Shown here: in pieces, positions 58,554 to 64,000 of the stretch
Layout of the letters: the number at the start of each line of letters is the position of its first letter
How positions within the stretch are numbered: position 1 is the stretch's first letter
Assembly (NCBI GenBank): GCA_963780165.1
Contig: CAWABB010000001.1
Location: 1,816,556 to 1,880,555, forward strand
DNA: 64,000 bases
Source: an uncultured Ignavibacteria bacterium
GTDB taxonomy: Bacteria; Bacteroidota; Ignavibacteria; UBA10030; UBA6906
Direction of reading: 5' to 3'
Made by a program: the position numbers and the translations under genes
The notes under the pieces: model-generated
What the model was told of the DNA's origin: nothing
What the model saw: only the letters and a program-made list of their open reading frames with translations
Databases searched by the model: none

Positions 58554-60680
58554 TCAATGCGCGTGCGGAGCTTCCCGCCGGAAATGCCCCAGAATCCTCA
58601 ATCCGTTCAGGATAACGGCCAGGGCTGCCCCGTCATCAGCCAAAATCGCCATCCAGAGCGTGGCATGGCCGGTCAGGGCCAGCACCAGGAAGACCGCCTT
58701 CAGGCCGAGCGCAATCGCGATGTTCTGCCTCACCACCCGCATCGCCCTCCGGCTGAGGGAGACCAGTGCGGGGAGCCGGGCGATGTCGTCAGACATCAGC
58801 ACCACATCGGCGGTCTCGAGGGTGGCATCGGAGCCCGCCACTCCCATCGCGATGCCGACCGAGGCGGCCGACAGCGCCGGGGCGTCGTTCAATCCGTCCC
58901 CCACCATGGCCACGACGCCATGCGTGACTTTCAGCGCTTCCACGGCACTTACCTTCTGTTCGGGCATGAGCCCACCGTGGGTGGCATCCATCCCCAGATC
59001 CTCCGCTAGCCTCCGGGCGGTGAGAATGTCGTCCCCTGAGAGCAGCACCGTCTGCGCGATCCCCTCCCGCCGCAGCCCCTCGATCGCCTGTCGCGCGTGC
59101 GAGCGCATCGTGTCGCGTGCGCCAACAACGCACACCGGCCGGCCGTCGGCCGCAAGCACCATGACGGTCGACCCGTCAGCGTGCACGGTCGCTGCTAGCG
59201 CTTCGACCTCCGCGGTCCACGCGCCAACGCTCCGCATCAGCTCCCGGTTGCCGAGCAGATATGCCGTCCCGTTGATCTCGGCGCGCACGCCTTTGCCCGG
59301 GAGCACTTCAAAGCGTTCCACGACGACATGATCAAAGCTCACGCCGGTGCGCGCAGCTTCGGCAAGCACGGCCTGACCCAGGTGATGTTCCGACCTGTGC
59401 TCGATGGCCGCGAGAAGCGGAAGCACGTCCCTGGGGTGCATGCCGTCAAGAGGCCTCACCGACGTGATGCGTGGCTCGCCGAGAGTCAGCGTTCCGGTTT
59501 TGTCGAACGCCATGACCTGGATTGCGCTGAGAGTCTCAAGGTGCGACCCTCCCTTGATGAGAATCCCGCGCCGCGCCGCCGCCGCAAGCGCACTCACGAT
59601 TGTCACGGGGAGCGAGATAACCAGCGCGCACGGGCATGCGATGACCAGCATCACCAGCGCGCGGTAGAACCACTCGGACAACGAGGCACCGAAGGCGATC
59701 GATGGAATTGTCGCGACGAGTACCGCGCCTGCAAACACCACCGGCGTGTAGATGGCGGCAAACCGATCCACGAAGCGCTGCGTGGGGGCGCGCTTCAGGT
59801 GCGCTTCTTCGATCAGGTGCACCATCCGCGCGAGCGTCGAATCTTCGTATTCGCGCGTGACACTGATCCGGAACACAGTCCGCCCGTTCACCGATCCGCT
59901 GAAGACCGTGTCGCCGGGATTCTTGACCACGTCCTCCGGCTCGCCTGTGATCGGCGCCTGGTTGACGGTCCCGCTGCCCTCCCGGATGACGCCGTCCAGC
60001 GGGATCCGCTCGCCTGGATGGACGAGGATGATTTCGCCTGGCCGTATCTCATCCGCGACGATGGACACTTCCGCTCCGTCACGAAGGACGCGGGCGTGCT
60101 GGGGAGCGAGGTCGACGAGCTCCTCCACGGCCCGTCGTGCGCGCGCGGTGCTGTACGTCTCCAGCATCAGCGATACGGCAAAAAGGACGATCACGAAGGC
60201 CGCTTCCGTCCATTCTCCGAGGGTGATGGCGCCGATCACGGCCGCAACCATGAGGACGTTCATGTCGAGCGTCCCGAGCCCCAGCGCTTTGACCGCCTTC
60301 AGGGCAACCCGCCAGCCGCCAAGGACGATGGCCGCGAGCAGCGTGCCGCGCGCGAGAAGATCCGGCGCACCCCCGTACTCCATGACCGCGCCGGCGACCG
60401 TGAGGAGCAGGGCAACGCCCGTGAAGATGCCGGCCTCGTGACGCTGGAGGAAGGTGGTCCGCTCCGGAGGCGTGCGCCTCGCCCGCGCCTGGAAGCCCGC
60501 GCGGCGGACGAGCCGGATCACCGTGGCTTCCTCCACCGCCGCATCGACGCTGAGTTCGCCGGTCAGCAGGCTGAAGTCGTACGCCGCCGACCCGAGGGCC
60601 CCGCCCAGCGAACGCCGCAGGACTCCCTCCTCGGTGGAACAGCACACGCCCCCAACAACGTATTTCCTCCGGTCAGACAT
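58554..60680 (-). CDS. Heavy-metal (Zn/Cd/Pb-type) translocating P1B-ATPase.
   Basis: N-terminal metal-binding region with CC, then CPC (IACPCALVIS), DKTGTLT and GDGLNDAPAL motifs. Confidence 0.85.
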   Translation of the reverse strand: MSDRRKYVVGGVCCSTEEGVLRRSLGGALGSAAYDFSLLTGELSVDAAVEEATVIRLVRRAGFQARARRTPPERTTFLQRHEAGIFTGVALLLTVAGAVMEYGGAPDLLARGTLLAAIVLGGWRVALKAVKALGLGTLDMNVLMVAAVIGAITLGEWTEAAFVIVLFAVSLMLETYSTARARRAVEELVDLAPQHARVLRDGAEVSIVADEIRPGEIILVHPGERIPLDGVIREGSGTVNQAPITGEPEDVVKNPGDTVFSGSVNGRTVFRISVTREYEDSTLARMVHLIEEAHLKRAPTQRFVDRFAAIYTPVVFAGAVLVATIPSIAFGASLSEWFYRALVMLVIACPCALVISLPVTIVSALAAAARRGILIKGGSHLETLSAIQVMAFDKTGTLTLGEPRITSVRPLDGMHPRDVLPLLAAIEHRSEHHLGQAVLAEAARTGVSFDHVVVERFEVLPGKGVRAEINGTAYLLGNRELMRSVGAWTAEVEALAATVHADGSTVMVLAADGRPVCVVGARDTMRSHARQAIEGLRREGIAQTVLLSGDDILTARRLAEDLGMDATHGGLMPEQKVSAVEALKVTHGVVAMVGDGLNDAPALSAASVGIAMGVAGSDATLETADVVLMSDDIARLPALVSLSRRAMRVVRQNIAIALGLKAVFLVLALTGHATLWMAILADDGAALAVILNGLRILGHFRREAPHAH

Positions 60681-60689
60681 CGTCGCAGG

Positions 60690-61043
60690 TTATGGCTCGT
60701 TGACGTGCCGGACGCCAAGCCGGATCAGCTCTTCGATGTGCTCGTCGTCCAGCATATAGTAGGTCTGCTTCCCGTCCCGCCGGTAGGTTACCAGGCGCAT
60801 GGTCTTCAGCAGGCGCAGCTGGTGGGACACGGCGGATTCTGTCAGGGAGAGGAGGGCCGCGATATCGCCCACGCACAGCTCCCGGCGCGCAAGCCCAAGG
60901 CAGATCTTCAGCCTCGTCTGGTCGCCGAGGACCTTGAAGGTCTCGCTGAGACCCCGGAGCGTACGGTCGTCATGGATGGCGCGGCGGGCGGCGTTCACGC
61001 CGGCACGGTCGGTGATGTCGGGCAGCGACGTGGGGGAATCCAT
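60690..61043 (-). CDS. ArsR/SmtB-family metal-responsive transcriptional repressor.
   Basis: HTH (LGDQTRLKICLGLARRELCVGDIAALLSLTESAVSHQLRLLK). Adjacent to the P1B ATPase. Confidence 0.9.
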   Translation of the reverse strand: MDSPTSLPDITDRAGVNAARRAIHDDRTLRGLSETFKVLGDQTRLKICLGLARRELCVGDIAALLSLTESAVSHQLRLLKTMRLVTYRRDGKQTYYMLDDEHIEELIRLGVRHVNEP

Positions 61044-61104
61044 CGATATCCTTCAATTGAGCGATTGTTCAACTGTTGAAGGATACGATTCTCCCGGCAG
61101 GGAG

Positions 61105-62070
61105 TCAAGCGTCGGGGAGCTGGTAGAGCGAGCGCTCGAGTGTCTGCAGGCGCGTGACAATCCACCGGTTCAGACGGGGTGCACTCCACACGCAGAAGAG
61201 CATGAACAGGGCACCGGCAAGGAGATCCACCACATAATGGTACCGCTGGTACACGGTGGCAAGAATCAGCAGCACGCCCGTGACGGTGACAAACCAGCGC
61301 ACGCGCTCCCGGTAATGCCACGCGTAGTAGATGAGCACCAGCGTCATCATTGTGTGGCCGCTCGGGAAGACGTCACGCTGCGTGAGCGAAATCGCGACAT
61401 CGTTCGGCACCCCTGTCGGAATCGACTCTCCCGCATTGACGAACCAACGAAGGGGGGGGGTCAACCAGAGGCCAGGCAGCTCGCGATCAAGCGCAGCAAA
61501 ATCGTGGAGCGTGAACCGCGGACCGACCGCGGGCAGCGTGAAGTAGCCGAGATACGACAGAAGAAACCCGTAGACGCACGTGAACATGAACAGGTGGAAC
61601 GCTGCCCGCTCGCCGCGCCGGTAGAATTCGTACCCGATGAGCAGAAAGAGCAGATAGAACAGCGTATAGGCGATCATCAACACTTCGGTGAGCACGGGAT
61701 GGGCAAACCGGTACAGCCAGACCGTCGGATCCACCCCGAAAAGCCAGCGGTCCGCCAGAATCAGCCAGTCGTCGTAGTCCGCCCCCAGATGGATCGGCTT
61801 GATCAGATAGTACAGCTGCTTGAATGTGAGGAAGACGGCGGGCGCGATGTACCAGTCGTGGACGACGCGAATGACTCTTGACGTGGTCCGTCCCCTCAGG
61901 GTCGCGACCGCAACGATGAAGATGACGCTGGCCGTGTTCAGCACGAGGAAGACCCGCCAGTACGGAATGCGCCCGGAGAACACGACGTTGACCGCGGACA
62001 GAAACACCGCCCAGGCGATCAGGAGCACGTCGGTTGTGTGCATGGACGACGTGAACCGCCGGAGGTTCAT
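61105..62070 (-). CDS. PAP2-superfamily membrane phosphatase.
   Basis: 6 TM. PAP2 motifs PSGHT and YHYVVDLLAG. Confidence 0.75.
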   Translation of the reverse strand: MNLRRFTSSMHTTDVLLIAWAVFLSAVNVVFSGRIPYWRVFLVLNTASVIFIVAVATLRGRTTSRVIRVVHDWYIAPAVFLTFKQLYYLIKPIHLGADYDDWLILADRWLFGVDPTVWLYRFAHPVLTEVLMIAYTLFYLLFLLIGYEFYRRGERAAFHLFMFTCVYGFLLSYLGYFTLPAVGPRFTLHDFAALDRELPGLWLTPPLRWFVNAGESIPTGVPNDVAISLTQRDVFPSGHTMMTLVLIYYAWHYRERVRWFVTVTGVLLILATVYQRYHYVVDLLAGALFMLFCVWSAPRLNRWIVTRLQTLERSLYQLPDA

Positions 62071-62891
62071 CGGGCCTCCCGGCGGTCGTTGCGGAGCGCA
62101 TTGCTCAGGCGGATGAACTCGTCAAGGGACAGCTCTTCCGGACGGCGCGAAAGATCGATGCCCGCCGGCTTGTCAGGGGGGTCGGCATCCAGAAACATCT
62201 TCAGCGTGTTTCGCAGTGTTTTCCGGCGCTTGCCAAACGTCCCGCGCACCAGCCGCCGGAAATACGCTTCATCGGTTACGGGGAAGCGCGGTCCGGGCAG
62301 CATCCTCACGCGCACCATGGAGGAAACGACGCCAGGAGGCGGAACAAACGCTCCGGGTTGAACCGCAAACAGGACATCCAGATCGGCGTGCAGGCTGCAT
62401 TCGACCGTGAGAATTCCGTAGTCTTTTGTCCCCGGCCGGGCGACGAGGCGCGCGGCGACCTCGCGCTGCATCATGATGACCGCATCCTGAATCCGATCAC
62501 GGTGGTCGAGGAGATGGAAGAGAATGGGGGTGGTAATGTAGTACGGAAGATTGCCGACCACGCGCCAGCGCCCGACATTCAACCGGTCCGCAAGCGCGGT
62601 GAGATCGGTCTTCAGAATGTCGCCGTGGACGATCTCGACGCGGTCGCCGAAAGCGGCACGGAGTCCCTCGAGCACGCGTCCATCCAGCTCGACGACCGTC
62701 ACGCGTCCAGCCGCATCGACGAGGTGCCGCGTCAGCGCCCCGCCTCCCGGCCCAATTTCGAGGACGGGGTCCCCGGGGTGGAGATCCGCGGCGGCAACGA
62801 TTTTCCTTGCGACGCGGTCATCGTGCAGGAAGTGCTGTCCGAGCGACTTCTTCAGCCGTGGAGCGGGCGTGCGAGCGGAGATCGTCGTCAC
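62067..62891 (-). CDS. rsmA: 16S rRNA (adenine1518/1519-N6)-dimethyltransferase.
   Basis: LGQHFL...LEIGPGGGALT...NLPYYITTPIL is a canonical KsgA/RsmA sequence. Confidence 0.95.
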   Translation of the reverse strand: MTTISARTPAPRLKKSLGQHFLHDDRVARKIVAAADLHPGDPVLEIGPGGGALTRHLVDAAGRVTVVELDGRVLEGLRAAFGDRVEIVHGDILKTDLTALADRLNVGRWRVVGNLPYYITTPILFHLLDHRDRIQDAVIMMQREVAARLVARPGTKDYGILTVECSLHADLDVLFAVQPGAFVPPPGVVSSMVRVRMLPGPRFPVTDEAYFRRLVRGTFGKRRKTLRNTLKMFLDADPPDKPAGIDLSRRPEELSLDEFIRLSNALRNDRREAR

Positions 62892-63999
62892 TTCTTCTTC
62901 TTGAAGAGATCTTTGAGCAGGTCGCCCGCCTTCTTCTCAATGTCGCCCTGGAGCTTCTTGGCTTCTCCCGCCACCTTCTCCTTCGCCTTGTCCTGCAAGC
63001 GGCGCTCGAGCTCTGCTGTGTCGAGCGAAACCTTCGGCGACGTGGTGGTCCCTGCCACCTTCAGGTTCAACGGGAGGCGCCCATCGGGGTTTTTCAGCAC
63101 CTGGACCGCTTCGCCCGCAAGACCCGGAAGCGAAACCTTGGACGACATGGGACCTGAAAGCAGCACCGTCATGCCGTAGTCGAGGCTCCCGTCCAGCCCC
63201 TGCGAACCGTTGATCGTGTAGTCGGCGTCACCAGACGCGATCGTCAGATCCTTCAAGTGCAGCCGGCCAGCCACGACCGTGAAGCTGTTCGACCAGTCCT
63301 TGAACGTGATCTCTTCGAGATCCGGCAGGTGCAGCAGGTCCGAGATCGCTGTGTTGATCTTGACGCCCGCAAGCTTCCCCGACTGGATCGAGACTGTCCC
63401 CGAGCCGTTGAGCGTCGATGGGACGAGACCCATCGTGTCGTTGAGCGCACCGCTCATCGATGTCTTCATGCTGAGGGCGCCGAAGAGGCGGTCCGAGAAG
63501 CTCGTGAAGGTGCTGAGCAGGCTGTTGGCGTCCATGCGGGACATATCCATCGAGAGATCGAATTCCGGCTTCGCCGGGTCGGTCATGCGTATCGTGCCTC
63601 GTGTCGTGATATCCCCGTCAAAAGCCTTCGCGACGAAGTTTCGGAGCGTCAGCGTCCCGCCTCTCAATTCCACTGAGGCGTTCACGTCTTTCAGCTCCAT
63701 CTGCTCCATGGTCAGGACCCCGACGCGTGCCGAGAGATCGGCATCCAGATCAGGGAGGCTGCCGGGCTTCGACGCTGCGCGCGGCACGGGGCTCCCACCC
63801 TGCTGCTCCGGCGCCGGTTTTTCCGTAATATCGGCAGCATAGAGATGTCTGGACACAAGCGACCCGGAGAGCCGGGGACGCCCGGCTGAGGCTTCCGGCA
63901 TCGCCATCGCGAGATAATTGTCCATCCTGAAATCGAGCGCCAGGTCGGACTTCCCGAGCATCATCGAGAACTTCCGCCCCTCGAGGCGCTCGTTGGTGA
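62888..63999 (-). CDS. AsmA-family protein, C-terminal part. The N-terminus lies beyond the window end.
   Basis: AsmA_2-like C-terminal pattern with a K/E-rich tail. The reading frame stays open to the window edge. Confidence 0.45.
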   Translation of the reverse strand, partial: TNERLEGRKFSMMLGKSDLALDFRMDNYLAMAMPEASAGRPRLSGSLVSRHLYAADITEKPAPEQQGGSPVPRAASKPGSLPDLDADLSARVGVLTMEQMELKDVNASVELRGGTLTLRNFVAKAFDGDITTRGTIRMTDPAKPEFDLSMDMSRMDANSLLSTFTSFSDRLFGALSMKTSMSGALNDTMGLVPSTLNGSGTVSIQSGKLAGVKINTAISDLLHLPDLEEITFKDWSNSFTVVAGRLHLKDLTIASGDADYTINGSQGLDGSLDYGMTVLLSGPMSSKVSLPGLAGEAVQVLKNPDGRLPLNLKVAGTTTSPKVSLDTAELERRLQDKAKEKVAGEAKKLQGDIEKKAGDLLKDLFKKKK

Positions 64000-64000
64000 A

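Noticed and set aside
59328-61079. 583-aa plus-strand ORF.
   Set aside because: It is antisense to the P1B ATPase and the ArsR gene.

Overview
This is a high-GC (~65%) bacterial chromosomal window. Several traits point to the FCB group (Bacteroidota, Rhodothermota or a related lineage): Por/T9SS C-terminal sorting domains, a fused ccoNO, Reg_prop/Y_Y_Y sensor kinases and SBBP repeats. No rRNA, CRISPR array or IS element was found. Many of the longer track ORFs are antisense artefacts of high GC and were discarded.

The most unusual region is a minus-strand operon at about 3.3-7.9 kb. It encodes a DUF2892 membrane protein, a T9SS-secreted protein with four tandem CHRD domains, an FN3-cytochrome c lipoprotein, a Cyc2-like fused monoheme cytochrome/beta-barrel porin and a second small cytochrome c. 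A putative sigma54 (-24/-12) promoter sits upstream, together with a perfect 11-bp inverted repeat about 115 bp further upstream. Next to these lie a sigma54-dependent NtrC-family response regulator and a sensor kinase whose periplasmic domain carries a CXXCH haem-c motif. A complete cbb3 oxidase cluster (ccoI-ccoS-ccoNO-ccoQ-ccoP-ccoG-fixH-DsbD_2) lies 8 kb away. Together these look like a sigma54-regulated outer-membrane-to-oxidase electron-transfer system, possibly for Fe(II) oxidation or another extracellular redox substrate.

Other features:
- A seven-gene operon at 11.3-15.7 kb, coupled by ATGA start/stop overlaps, encodes three uncharacterized proteins, a HAD hydrolase, AcpS, a histidine kinase and a lipoprotein.
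- Two tRNA-Pro(GGG) copies bracket a 15-kb block. The upstream copy is degenerate. The block encodes T9SS cargo (PKD and SBBP repeat proteins), a frameshifted Y_Y_Y hybrid kinase with a LuxR regulator, and outer-membrane or secreted proteins.
- A metal-homeostasis set: ArsR plus a P1B ATPase, and a CDF transporter.
- A frameshifted crcB remnant.
- Housekeeping genes: rplU, rpmA, mdh and rsmA.
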